Positions 1-9,072 are shown, counted from the stretch's first letter. The stretch is DNA of 42,447 nucleotides from Candidatus Nomurabacteria bacterium GW2011_GWA2_40_9 (GCA_000993955.1 LBZW01000001.1:1-42447), one strand, 5' to 3'. A program made the numbers and translations. The notes: generated by a model from the letters alone, not told the origin.

Positions 1-483
1 CAGGCATAGTTGCCTTGTACTCCTTTAGTTACTTTCCATGTGGTTTCATCGTAATGTTGAGCAAATTGTTTCTGGATTCTCACTTTCAGCCTTTCATATT
101 CAGGTCGTAAGCTATTTGCTTCCTTTTCAAGTATTTTCTGTATTTCGCCTTGTGAGATATTGATTTGATAGATGTCTTTGATATTGTCTTCAATTTGTTG
201 GTATGAAAGTCTAAGAATGATGGAAAGGTAGCAGATATATTTCCTGAGCTTTACTCCGATGATGCATCGAATTGATGGTAAAGATATTGCACTTCTCCAT
301 TTGTTACATTTTTCGCAGTAACCCTGCTCAACAGTATGCTTGATTGCTTCCTTTTGATTATCGAGGACTATGTCTTCCTCATAGTAGATGACGATCTTTT
401 TCCTAGTTAGTTTTGTATCACAGGTGGAACAGTTATCAATTGGATGATTTTCAATCCTAGTGATTTCAGCAGGTATTGGTCTT
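1..483 (-). pseudogene. IS66-family transposase fragment, 5'-truncated and running off the window edge
   Basis: Not in the ORF track. Manual translation gives an open frame ...RPIPAEITRIENHPIDNCSTCDTKL...GYCEKCNKW...RLSYQQI...ISQGEI...QHYDETTWKVTKGVQGNYAW, with two CxxC motifs and the IS66 HxDETxW motif. No in-frame start before the REP at 483-509. Confidence 0.8.
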
Positions 484-509
484 TGGGATAAAAGGGGACA
501 GCCACCATT
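483..509. repeat. Left REP-like inverted repeat of the RAYT locus
   Basis: TTGGGATAAAAGGGGACAGCCACCATT is the reverse complement of 1226-1252 (25/27 match, 18-bp core exact). Confidence 0.9.
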
Positions 510-542
510 GTTTTTAAAAACACAAAATGATAAAATAAAATC

Positions 543-1217
543 ATGCCACGCAATGCAAGAGTTGACGTAGGAGGAGAAATTTATCATGTAATCAATCGTG
601 CAAACGGTTGTCTTCAGATATTTAACAAAGATGAAGATTATGAACTATTTGAAGAATTACTTTTTGAAACAAAAGAACTTTTTCATATGCGTATATTAGC
701 CTATTGTTTGATGCCAAATCATTTTCATTTAGTCCTATATCCTAAAAATGACGGGGATATGGGTTTATTTATGCATCGATTGAGTAATTCTCATACCAGA
801 AAAGTGCACGCACTCACAAATACAAATGGTAGTGGGCATTTGTATCAAGGTCGCTACAAATCTTTTCTCGTAGATAAAGAAAATTATCTTTCAGCGATTA
901 TTAAATATGTTGAGCGTAATCCAGTGCGAGCTAAGCTCTCTAAACTTTGTGAGGATTGGAAGTGGGGTAGTGCTTGGCTGCGTATCAGTGGAAAACTTGA
1001 GCAACATAAATTACTTGATCAAAAATCTTTTGATCTTCCAGATAATTATATTAAATGGATTAATATTTCTGAAGATGAAGATTTATTGAAAAATATTCGT
1101 GTTTCAGTAAAAAAAGGTGTTCCATATGGTAAAGAAAAATGGGTGGATAATATGGTATTGAAATACAAACTTGAATCAACCCTAAGATCCCAAGGAAGAC
1201 CAAGGAAAGATAGATGA
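543..1217 (+). mobile_element. REP-associated tyrosine transposase (RAYT, Y1/HUH family)
   Basis: MPRxxR start, YHVINRAN, HUH motif MPNHFHL, GHLYQGRYKS, catalytic YVERNPVRA, WKWGS, C-terminal GRPRK. Confidence 0.92.
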
Positions 1218-1333
1218 TAGAAAAGAATGGTGGCTGTCCCCTTATTTCCCAAGGAAAGATAGATGATAGAAAAGAATGGTGGCTGTCCCCTTATTCCCCT
1301 TATTCCCTTATTCCTTATTCTCCTTATTCCTTT
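1200..1333. repeat. Right RAYT flank: 47-bp direct duplication carrying two REP copies, then a CCTTATT micro-repeat
   Basis: 1200-1246 equals 1249-1295 and contains AATGGTGGCTGTCCCCTT at 1226-1243 and 1275-1292; about 5 degenerate (C)CCTTATT units follow. Confidence 0.9.
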
Positions 1334-1359
1334 TCCCAGGAGAAGGGCTGGGGATGAGG
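1329..1359 (+). repeat. Degenerate hairpin plus G-rich-tail REP-like element
   Basis: CCTTTTCCCAGGAGAAGGGCTGGGGATGAGG has the same architecture as 14978-15013 and 27316-27350. Confidence 0.6.
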
Positions 1360-1376
1360 TTATTTGTCGTATTTAG

Positions 1377-1385
1377 TTATCCACA
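1377..1385 (+). promoter_or_regulatory. Perfect DnaA box
   Basis: TTATCCACA upstream of mraZ; single copy. Confidence 0.5.
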
Positions 1386-1412
1386 GGTGGCTATTTTTAT
1401 CTTGTTTGCTAT

Positions 1413-1458
1413 GTGAGAGAGAGTGGAGTAGAATGTAAGGCAAGTGGGAAAAAGTGGG
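1413..1458 (+). promoter_or_regulatory. MraZ-binding GTGGG-type repeats
   Basis: GTGAG 1413, GTGGA 1423, GTGGG 1444 and GTGGG 1454 at about 10-bp phasing upstream of mraZ, as in known MraZ operators. Confidence 0.75.
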
Positions 1459-1502
1459 AAGAAGAGTTTTTGTGTAGCTTTAGTAATAATTATTTTAATC
1501 AT

Positions 1503-1943
1503 ATGTTGATCGGCGAATACATACACACCATAGATGAAAAGAACAGAATGTCTTTGCCTGCAAAGTTCCGCAAGGAACTCGGCAAGAAAATAATAATTAC
1601 TCCAGGGCTCGACCAGTGTTTGTTTATTTTCACAATCAAAGAATGGGCAAAGGTTTCAAAGAAACTTTCAAATTCAGAGTCAGACTTGTCATTTCTCTCG
1701 AGAGATAAGAGAAGTTTCAACAGATTCATGTTTGGTCGTGCAGCAGAAGTGGAGCTAGACAGTATTGGTAGAATTTTAATACCGACATTCTTGAAAGAGA
1801 GGATAAATCTGAAGAATTCTGCAGTGGTAGTGGGCGTAGAAGACAGGGTAGAAGTGTGGAATGAAAAGGTTTGGGAGGTTTACAAAGAAAAGATAGAAAA
1901 AGAATCTGGCGAATTAGCAGAAAAATTGGGGAGTGCGAATTAG
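1503..1943 (+). CDS. mraZ: Transcriptional regulator MraZ
   Basis: MLIGEYIHTIDEKNRMSLPAKFR, LDSIGRILIP, VEVWN; start moved to ATG 1503. Confidence 0.96.
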   Translation: MLIGEYIHTIDEKNRMSLPAKFRKELGKKIIITPGLDQCLFIFTIKEWAKVSKKLSNSESDLSFLSRDKRSFNRFMFGRAAEVELDSIGRILIPTFLKERINLKNSAVVVGVEDRVEVWNEKVWEVYKEKIEKESGELAEKLGSAN

Positions 1944-1945
1944 GT

Positions 1946-2908
1946 ATGAAGACAGAACAGAAGACAGTACACACAAGTGTTCTTTTAAAAGAAAGTATAG
2001 ACGGGCTGAATCTTAAGAAAAATCCCCAAAGCCTTGCTTCTGGAAATAATCTTGTAGTAATAGACGGTACATTTGGCGGAGGGGGACACAGTAGTGAGAT
2101 ATTAAAAAATTACCAAAATGTAAAAGTCATCGGTATAGATCAAGACAAGAGTGCATGGGAAAAGGCAAAAGATAAATTTGTAGGGTTGGAAGACAGGATT
2201 ACTTTTGTAAATGGAAATTTTCGAGACATAAAAGAAATTGTGGAAACTTCGGGTGTTGGACACCGAGATTCCAGGTGTCCAACACCCGAAGTAGATGGAG
2301 TATTACTTGATTTGGGACTCAGTTCTGATCAATTAGAGAATTCTGGTAGGGGATTTACTTTCATGAAAGATGAGCCGTTGTTTATGACTATGAAAGCAAA
2401 TCCAACATCTTCAGATTTAACGGCACAAGATATAGTAAATAATTGGAGCGAAGAAAATATAGCAAATATTATATATGGTTATGGTGAGGAGAGGTTTAGT
2501 AGAAGAATAGCAAGGCGGATAGTAGAAGCGAGGAAGGCAAAAGAGATAAAAACTACTTTTGAACTCGTAGAGATTATAAAAAATGCAGTGCCAAAAAAGT
2601 TTCAAAAAGGCAAGATAAATCCGGCTACAAAGACTTTTCAGGCATTGCGTATGGCAGTAAATGATGAATTGAATACTCTAGAGTCTGGGCTAAGTGGAGG
2701 GTTTGATATTTTAAAAAGCGGAGGCAGGCTGTCAGTCATATCATTCCACAGTCTCGAAGACCGGATAGTAAAGAATTTTTATAAAAAGAAAGTAGTAGAA
2801 GGCAAGGCAAAATTAATAAATAAGAAAATAATAACAGCAGGAAGTGAAGAATTGAAAACAAATAATAGATCAAGGAGTGCAAAATTAAGAATAATAGAGA
2901 AAATATGA
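1946..2908 (+). CDS. rsmH: 16S rRNA m4C1402 methyltransferase RsmH
   Basis: HTSVLLKE, DGTFGGGGHS, DLGLSS, FQALRMAVNDEL, ISFHSLEDRIVK, RSRSAKLR; start at ATG 1946. Confidence 0.96.
   Translation: MKTEQKTVHTSVLLKESIDGLNLKKNPQSLASGNNLVVIDGTFGGGGHSSEILKNYQNVKVIGIDQDKSAWEKAKDKFVGLEDRITFVNGNFRDIKEIVETSGVGHRDSRCPTPEVDGVLLDLGLSSDQLENSGRGFTFMKDEPLFMTMKANPTSSDLTAQDIVNNWSEENIANIIYGYGEERFSRRIARRIVEARKAKEIKTTFELVEIIKNAVPKKFQKGKINPATKTFQALRMAVNDELNTLESGLSGGFDILKSGGRLSVISFHSLEDRIVKNFYKKKVVEGKAKLINKKIITAGSEELKTNNRSRSAKLRIIEKI
2021..2046. repeat. In-frame palindrome half in rsmH (NPQSLASG)
   Basis: CCCCAAAGCCTTGCTTCTGGAAA is nearly identical to atpG 26613-26635. Confidence 0.8.
2246..2292. repeat. In-frame REP-like doublet in rsmH (TSGVGHRDSRCPTPEV)
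   Basis: 19-bp perfect arms ACTTCGGGTGTTGGACACC / GGTGTCCAACACCCGAAGT with a 9-nt spacer. Confidence 0.92.
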
Positions 2909-3270
2909 ACGAAATAAAATTAAAAATGAAGAGTTATGCAAGTAATGTGAATATTATAGACAACAATGATGTAAAAAAACGCATACTAAATATTTTACTT
3001 GTATCTTTGGGTGGACTAGCACTCTTTTATCTTCTGATATTGAGTAATATGGTACTAAACATCATAGAACGCAGAACCCTAGAAGCTCATTCTCGTGTTA
3101 TATCAAATGAAGTTGCTAATTTAGAATTACAATATATAAATATATCAAGTTCTATTGATCTAAATTTATCTGCTACTTTCGGATTTAATGAAATTAAGCC
3201 AGATTTTGCTACACGAAAACCGCTTGGTTTGAATTCTAATACTGTAAAATTAGCGAAAAATGAAATCTAA
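2905..3270 (+). CDS. Probable cell division protein FtsL-like
   Basis: Single TM helix plus coiled coil, located between rsmH and ftsI. Confidence 0.65.
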   Translation: MNEIKLKMKSYASNVNIIDNNDVKKRILNILLVSLGGLALFYLLILSNMVLNIIERRTLEAHSRVISNEVANLELQYINISSSIDLNLSATFGFNEIKPDFATRKPLGLNSNTVKLAKNEI

Positions 3271-4993
3271 TAATTCTAACTTTACAAGTAGAACCAAAAT
3301 TTTCTCTTTGTGCTTGCTTTTTTTTGCTTTTATTTTGATAAGTAAACTTTTTTTAGTTTCTGTGGTGCATGGCAAGAGTTATTCTAGTATTGCAAATCGT
3401 CAATATGTGACCCCCTCTTCAAACATCTCGGAACGAGGGTCAATATTTTTCGAACGCAAAGATGGTGAGTTAGTTTCTGCTGCAATGCAGGCAGTAGGTT
3501 TTAAAGTCACTATAGATCCGAGTCAGATAGTAAATGACATAGAAGCATATGAAAAACTATCTACAATCATAGAGATAGATAGAGATGAATTTTTGATAAA
3601 AGCAGGCAAGAAAAAAGACCCCTATGAAGAGATAATAAATAAAATAACCAAAGAGCAAGCAGACAAAGTGGGAGCCTTAAAAATTTCTGGAGTAAAAATA
3701 TCAGAAGAAAAATGGCGTTTTTATCCAGGGGGAAATTTGGCTTCGCACACTTTGGGATTTGTGGCTTACGAGGGTGATGAACTCGGGGGGCGCTACGGCA
3801 TAGAGAGAGAGTATGAGAATGTTCTGTCACGAGACAAAGACAATCCGTATGTAAATTTCTTTGCAGAAGTGTTTTCCAATTTAAATAAAAGTTTGTTTGA
3901 AAAAGAAATAAAGAAGGGAGATATTATCACCACCATAGAGCCCAATGTAGAAAACTTTTTAGAAAATGAATTGGAACTAGTGAGAGAAAAATATCAAGCA
4001 GATGCGATAGGGGGGATAATCATAAATCCTATGGATGGCTCTATCTACGCTATTTCCAGCAAGCCGGATTTTGATTTAAATAATTTTTCAAAAGTAAAAG
4101 ATGCTTCTAGTTTTTCTAACCCCATGATAGAAAATGTGCTTGAATTTGGTTCTGTGGTAAAGCCTCTAGTGATGGCGGCGGCACTAGACACCGGTGTGGT
4201 GAATGCAAATACGAGCTACAATGACACTGGTTCTGTAATGATAGAGAAAAAAGAAATTTTTAATTTTGACAAAAAAGATCGTGGTCCGGGGACAACTATG
4301 CAGGATGTACTCAGTCAATCTCTAAACACAGGTATGGTATATGTCTATCAACAGTTAGGAAAAAAAAATATGCATGATTATATGTTGTCGTACGGTATCA
4401 AAGAAAAAACTGGCATAGATTTGCCAAATGAGACGAGTGGATTGGTGTCAAACCTCACAGCAAATTTAAATAATAAACGCGAGATAGAATACGCAAATGT
4501 TGCCTTTGGTCAGGGTATAGCACTCACTCCTATAGAGATGGTGCGGGCACTTGCTTCACTTTCAAATGGGGGGAACTTGGTTGTGCCTCATGTAGTAGAT
4601 AGAATAAAATACCAAAGTGGCAAAGAAGAAAAAATAATTTATCCTACATCTAAAACAAAAATAAGTGAACAAACCGCAGAAGAAATAACTCGAATGCTCG
4701 TAACTGTGATGGATAAATCCCTGAAAGGTGGACTTGCAAAATTTGAACACCATAGCGTAGCTGTAAAGACAGGTACGGCACAGGTTGCAGACAATGTAGG
4801 AGGAGGGTATTATGAAGACAGGCACACACATTCGTTTTTCGGATATTTCCCTGCCTATGACCCTAAATTTATAGTTTTCTTGTATGCAGTAAATCCAAAA
4901 GGCGTACCTTATGCTTCTGTTACTTGGGCAGATCCATTTTTAAATATTACTAAATTTCTGCTCAATTATTATGAAGTTCCACCGGATAGATAA
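3260..4993 (+). CDS. ftsI: Class B penicillin-binding protein (FtsI/PBP2)
   Basis: N-terminal TM helix, RGSIF, RFYP, SVVK (SxxK), SLN, KTGTAQ; dcw context. Confidence 0.9.
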   Translation: MKSNNSNFTSRTKIFSLCLLFFAFILISKLFLVSVVHGKSYSSIANRQYVTPSSNISERGSIFFERKDGELVSAAMQAVGFKVTIDPSQIVNDIEAYEKLSTIIEIDRDEFLIKAGKKKDPYEEIINKITKEQADKVGALKISGVKISEEKWRFYPGGNLASHTLGFVAYEGDELGGRYGIEREYENVLSRDKDNPYVNFFAEVFSNLNKSLFEKEIKKGDIITTIEPNVENFLENELELVREKYQADAIGGIIINPMDGSIYAISSKPDFDLNNFSKVKDASSFSNPMIENVLEFGSVVKPLVMAAALDTGVVNANTSYNDTGSVMIEKKEIFNFDKKDRGPGTTMQDVLSQSLNTGMVYVYQQLGKKNMHDYMLSYGIKEKTGIDLPNETSGLVSNLTANLNNKREIEYANVAFGQGIALTPIEMVRALASLSNGGNLVVPHVVDRIKYQSGKEEKIIYPTSKTKISEQTAEEITRMLVTVMDKSLKGGLAKFEHHSVAVKTGTAQVADNVGGGYYEDRHTHSFFGYFPAYDPKFIVFLYAVNPKGVPYASVTWADPFLNITKFLLNYYEVPPDR

Positions 4994-5026
4994 CATAATT
5001 ACGAATTAAAAATTACGAATTTAAAT

Positions 5027-6397
5027 ATGAAAATTTTTTTTAAAAAAATAATAATTTATATTTTACAATTAGAGTCACGATTAGTACTCAATAAATACAA
5101 GCCCAAAGTAGTGGCTATCACTGGATCTGTGGGCAAGACTTCTACAAAAGACGCAGTGTATGCTGTCCTATCAGAGTTTGCTTATGTTCGTAAAAGTGAA
5201 AAGAGCTACAATAGTCAAATAGGATTGCCACTCACTATACTCGGAGTTCCAAATGCTTGGAATAGTCCGACTATGTGGCTAAAAAACATTTTAAAAGGAT
5301 TATGGCTTGTCATCTGGCCACACAAATACCCCGAGTGGCTGATACTAGAAGTAGGAGTGGGCAAACCAGGAGATATGCAGGAAACTGCTTCGTGGCTTTC
5401 AACAGATGCTGTTATCATGACAGCGATAGGTGAAACTCCAGCACATATAGAATTCTTTAGTTCACGCAAACATTTGATAGAAGAAAAAAGCGGACTTATA
5501 AAAACTTTGAAAAAACCTGCCCGCAATGCTTCAGACATAGCTGATGCAGGCGGGGCTGGATTGCTTATCTTGAATGCAGATGATGAAGTGGTGTTGAGTA
5601 TGAAAAGTAAAACAAAAAATATAACAGTTACTTATGGTTTTCAAAAAGATTCTGACTTCTTGGCTTCCGAGGAGAGTATCTTGTATGTAAAAGAAGACGA
5701 AAATAAAACCAGAAGCAAGAGTATCCCTCAGGGTATAATGTTTCGTATAGATGAAGACGGTAGTAGTCTGCCGGTGGTGATAGAAGGAGTGTTTGGCAGA
5801 AATCATGTGTATGCTGCGCTCGCTGCGCTTGCGCTCGCTCATAATCTAAAGCTAAACATGATTCAAGCTATAAATTCGTTGAAAAATTACAAAGTCCCTC
5901 CTGGCAGGATGAGGCTCCTAACTGGAATAAAAAATACTCTTATCATAGATGATACTTACAATTCTTCGCCGTTTGCTTGCGAGTCTGCTCTCAAGACTAT
6001 AGGAGTTATAAATAAAGAATCAAAATTGAAGAACAGAAAGATAGCAATACTAGGAGATATGTTAGAACTAGGCAAATATACCGAAGAAGCACATAAAAAT
6101 ATAGGCAAATTGGCAAGAGAAAATATAGATGTGCTCGCAGTAGTCGGAGCTCGTGCAAAAGCTATCAAAGCTGGTGCATTGGAGGCAGGCTTTGATGACG
6201 AAAATATTTTTGAATTTATGACTTCGGTTGAGGCAGGAGAGTGGGTAAAAACTTTTATTAAAAAAGGGGATATTGTTTTGTTTAAGGGTTCCCAGGGTAT
6301 GCGTATGGAGCGGGCAGTAGAGGCTATACTAGAAGATCAAGAAAATAAGCACGATCTACTCGTCCGTCAAGACAAAGAGTGGCTGGATAAGAAATAA
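5027..6397 (+). CDS. murF: UDP-MurNAc-tripeptide D-Ala-D-Ala ligase MurF
   Basis: ITGSVGKTSTK, YNSQIGLPLT, LNADD, IDDTYNSSP, LGDMLELG, KGSQGMRME. Confidence 0.92.
   Translation: MKIFFKKIIIYILQLESRLVLNKYKPKVVAITGSVGKTSTKDAVYAVLSEFAYVRKSEKSYNSQIGLPLTILGVPNAWNSPTMWLKNILKGLWLVIWPHKYPEWLILEVGVGKPGDMQETASWLSTDAVIMTAIGETPAHIEFFSSRKHLIEEKSGLIKTLKKPARNASDIADAGGAGLLILNADDEVVLSMKSKTKNITVTYGFQKDSDFLASEESILYVKEDENKTRSKSIPQGIMFRIDEDGSSLPVVIEGVFGRNHVYAALAALALAHNLKLNMIQAINSLKNYKVPPGRMRLLTGIKNTLIIDDTYNSSPFACESALKTIGVINKESKLKNRKIAILGDMLELGKYTEEAHKNIGKLARENIDVLAVVGARAKAIKAGALEAGFDDENIFEFMTSVEAGEWVKTFIKKGDIVLFKGSQGMRMERAVEAILEDQENKHDLLVRQDKEWLDKK
5516..5554. repeat. In-frame palindromic insert in murF (PARNASDIADAGG)
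   Basis: CCTGCCCGCAATGCTTCAGACATAGCTGATGCAGGCGGG, 39 bp; paralogous to atpG 26176-26211. Confidence 0.9.
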
Positions 6398-6404
6398 AAC
6401 GCTG

Positions 6405-6476
6405 TGACTCTACGCGGAATCGAACCGCGATTTAATCCTTGAGAAGGATTCGTCCTAACCGTTAGACGATAGAGCC
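6405..6476 (-). tRNA. tRNA-Glu(CTC)
   Basis: Acceptor GGCTCTA/TAGAGTC, anticodon arm AATCC-TTCTCAA-GGATT, T arm CGCGG-TTCGATT-CCGCG; CCA not encoded. Confidence 0.95.
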
Positions 6477-6529
6477 AATAAATATCTGTGTATAAAATAT
6501 AGCATTTTTATAAAAAAATAGAAATTTGT

Positions 6530-7603
6530 CTAGCTGTCTAATTCCGGTTTTATAACTTCAAGCAAATTTAATTCTGGTGAAGAGCCGGCTATGCGGAGCA
6601 CATCTTTGTCTATCTTTTTGAGTTCTTTGTTTGAGGAATTGTAATGATTTACGACAGTAGAGAGTGATGCACCGAGCTTGTTGTGGTATTCATCATAAGA
6701 CTTTAGATGTTTGCCCAGCTCTTCTACTCTCTTTATTATTTCTTTTGCAGATTCTTCTATCTGCAAGGCTTTGAGGCCTTGGAGAACAGTTTGTAAATAT
6801 GCGAGAAAGGAAGTGGGGGAGGTGATGATGACTTTGTATTTACCCGCAGCACGCTGGATTAAGTTATCATTTTCATCGTCTTTCTGACTTCCCATCTTGC
6901 CTCCAATTTTATTTGTAATCAAATCATAATAAATAGCCTCATGAGGTATAAACATAAATGCGAAGTCTGTAGTGCCTTGCGCTGGTTGCACGTATTTTGC
7001 AGTTTCTACTATTCTGTTTTTTAAGTCGTTCACAAATACTACTTCTAGTCTTTTTTTCTCTGCGCTATCTACTGCTTCTATCATCTTGTTATAATTTTCT
7101 AAAGAGAATTTTGAATCTATGGGTATTATTTTATCTTTTACAAATACTACTGCATCCACGATAGTACCATCGGCAAAAGGATATTGCATTTGGTAGCTCC
7201 CCGGAGGGAGGACATTTTTGAGCACAGTCTCTAGATAATACTCTCCAAGTATTCCACGCTGTTTCGGATTCTTTAAAATATTCTCCAGGCTCTGAAGCTG
7301 GTCTGCAAAGGAGATGACTTGTTTGTTTGTCTCATCTAGCCTAGTCAGCCTCTCTGTCACATCTCTGATTATTTTATTAGATTCACTGGAATGAAATTTC
7401 AAGCTTTCATTTACTTGCTTGTGACTTTCGCCAATCTTATTATCCACTGTTCTAGACAGCTCATTGATTTGGGTGAGGATAAGATTGAGGCCTATGTTCT
7501 CTTGATCGTTTTGTGAATTTCCTGCCCCTTTTCTACTAAACAAAAAGTAAGCTATAACCACCCCTCCCACAATCCCAATAATTATAAATAAAATAGTTTG
7601 CAT
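6530..7603 (-). CDS. rmuC: DNA recombination protein RmuC
   Basis: N-terminal TM helix, coiled coil, KQRGILGE, IDSKF, TDFAFMFIPHE, SPTS. Confidence 0.92.
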   Translation of the reverse strand: MQTILFIIIGIVGGVVIAYFLFSRKGAGNSQNDQENIGLNLILTQINELSRTVDNKIGESHKQVNESLKFHSSESNKIIRDVTERLTRLDETNKQVISFADQLQSLENILKNPKQRGILGEYYLETVLKNVLPPGSYQMQYPFADGTIVDAVVFVKDKIIPIDSKFSLENYNKMIEAVDSAEKKRLEVVFVNDLKNRIVETAKYVQPAQGTTDFAFMFIPHEAIYYDLITNKIGGKMGSQKDDENDNLIQRAAGKYKVIITSPTSFLAYLQTVLQGLKALQIEESAKEIIKRVEELGKHLKSYDEYHNKLGASLSTVVNHYNSSNKELKKIDKDVLRIAGSSPELNLLEVIKPELDS

Positions 7604-7648
7604 ATTTTTATTATAGCATTTTACATAAAATTACACTTTATTTCTCGA

Positions 7649-7690
7649 TTACCTAATCAAAACGGTCGTAAAAGTTAGGTAATTTGTTTT
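7649..7690 (+). repeat. Imperfect palindrome, copy 1 of the ACGGTCGTAAAAGTTAGGTAA family
   Basis: 38/42 identical to 8287-8328. Confidence 0.92.
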
Positions 7691-7710
7691 TGGTAGTGTA
7701 TAATAATGAT

Positions 7711-8316
7711 ATGGGAATTTTGGAGAAAGAAATAAAAATTAAAGATAAACGCAAAAATATTCAGAAAATAATTTTAAATACTATTTTTGCAGCTGGGATA
7801 CTTGGTGTGATGGTAGTAGCACCAAATGTTTTATCAGTTATAAAACAAATAGAAAAAGGAATAAAAAGAAAAAAGAATTTAAAATATTCTATCAATAGTT
7901 CTTTTGTACGACTCAGAGAGAAAGGGCTTATTGAAATAATAGAAGTAAATGGGAAAAGAGTTGCAAGGATAACACAAAAAGGGGAGTCGAAGTTGGATTT
8001 CTTGGATAGACATAATTTTAAATTAAAAATTCCAAAGAAATGGGATGGTCGTTGGAGAGTGGTGATATTTGATATAAAGGAAAGCAAAAAGAGAATAAGA
8101 GCACTTTTGAGGGTTACGCTTTCGCAGATTGGCTTTATTAGATTGCAAAATAGCGTTTGGGTTTATCCATATGATTGCGAGGACTTGGTCTCATTACTTA
8201 AGGCAGATTTTAAAATAGGTAGTGAGATTTTATATATGATAGTAGAAAAACTTGAAAATGATTGGTCCTTACGTAAAAAATTTAATTTACCTAATTCTGA
8301 CGGTCGTAAAAGTTAG
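7711..8316 (+). CDS. PaaX-like / Cas2-like-domain protein (wHTH plus ferredoxin-fold domain)
   Basis: RLREKGLIE...ITQKG winged helix, KWDGRWRVVIFDIKE, LSQIGFIRLQNSVWVYPY; ATG 7711 lies 6 nt after TATAAT. Confidence 0.8.
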   Translation: MGILEKEIKIKDKRKNIQKIILNTIFAAGILGVMVVAPNVLSVIKQIEKGIKRKKNLKYSINSSFVRLREKGLIEIIEVNGKRVARITQKGESKLDFLDRHNFKLKIPKKWDGRWRVVIFDIKESKKRIRALLRVTLSQIGFIRLQNSVWVYPYDCEDLVSLLKADFKIGSEILYMIVEKLENDWSLRKKFNLPNSDGRKS

Positions 8317-8328
8317 GTAATTTGTTTT
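8287..8328 (+). repeat. Copy 2 of the ACGGTCGTAAAAGTTAGGTAA palindrome; supplies the C-terminus and stop codon of the PaaX-like gene
   Basis: TTACCTAATTCTGACGGTCGTAAAAGTTAGGTAA encodes LPNSDGRKS*. Confidence 0.92.
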
Positions 8329-8343
8329 AAAATAACTATGTTT

Positions 8344-9072
8344 TTATTTCCCTAAATAATGCTTTAGCGTATAAATCCAATCTTCGTCTATTTCGTCACC
8401 GTCGAGTTTTTGGGAGAGGAGCCATTCTAGGTAGCCACGATCCACACGAGCCACTTCTTCTATAAATTTGCCATTATGTTTGCCGAATTTGAATTTCTTG
8501 AAAAGTGATGGATGGGAAGAAATTTTTATCATTTCATCTATTGCCTCGTGTTCACTTTTGCTATCATGCTCCATTATTTTGTTTTTTAGTCTTTCAAAGA
8601 GCTTTTCAAGCACCATCACATCTCCTAGTGCATCATGCGCCTGAGCGTCTATTTCTATCTCGAGCAGATATCTCAGATACTGTAAATTATAGCGATCAAT
8701 TTTTTCCTCTGGATCTAGAAATCTGACGACTCGGAGTGTACAGATAAAGTTTGCGGGGATTATATCTTCTTTTTTTATTATCATCAGGTCAAAAGGCGCA
8801 TTGTGTGCCACGACTACAGTATTTGCGTCTTCAAAAAGACTTTTTATTTTTTCTTTATCTGGAGTCTCGCCAAAAGCAGGCTTGCCTTCGAGCATTTTGT
8901 TTGAGATATGGTGCACAGCAGAAGCTTCCGGGGGGACTTTGAAAGGGGGTTTATACATAGCAGAAAAATTTTCATCGGTATTTTCTCCTGCTCCCTTGTA
9001 TGCTATCTGACACAAGAAATCTTTTTCAGTATTTCCTGTGGTCTCAGTATCAAAAAATATAATTTTCTTCAT
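8344..9072 (-). CDS. DEDDh 3'-5' exonuclease (ExoX/DnaQ-like)
   Basis: FFDTETTG, VAHNAPFD, ICTL, AHDALGDV, C-terminal FGKHNG...YLEWL. Confidence 0.9.
   Translation of the reverse strand: MKKIIFFDTETTGNTEKDFLCQIAYKGAGENTDENFSAMYKPPFKVPPEASAVHHISNKMLEGKPAFGETPDKEKIKSLFEDANTVVVAHNAPFDLMIIKKEDIIPANFICTLRVVRFLDPEEKIDRYNLQYLRYLLEIEIDAQAHDALGDVMVLEKLFERLKNKIMEHDSKSEHEAIDEMIKISSHPSLFKKFKFGKHNGKFIEEVARVDRGYLEWLLSQKLDGDEIDEDWIYTLKHYLGK

Noticed and set aside
1200..1295. Mini CRISPR array
   Set aside because: Two adjacent 47-bp copies with a 2-bp gap and no unique spacers; this is a duplication of the RAYT end.
1377..1385. Replication origin
   Set aside because: Only one DnaA box, with no box cluster or dnaA gene nearby.
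1413..1502. N-terminal extension of MraZ, and similar extensions at 1871, 7684, 8908, 10176, 21287 and 31826
   Set aside because: They overlap promoters or upstream genes; family homology and -10 spacing point to downstream ATGs.
5813..5839. GCTGCGCTCGCTGCGCTTGCGCTCGCT run in murF as another insert
   Set aside because: It encodes the normal AALAALALA helix of Mur ligases, with no indel or palindrome evident.
7649..8328. CRISPR array or cas2 locus
   Set aside because: Only two repeats about 640 bp apart with a gene between them, no spacer array and no other cas genes.
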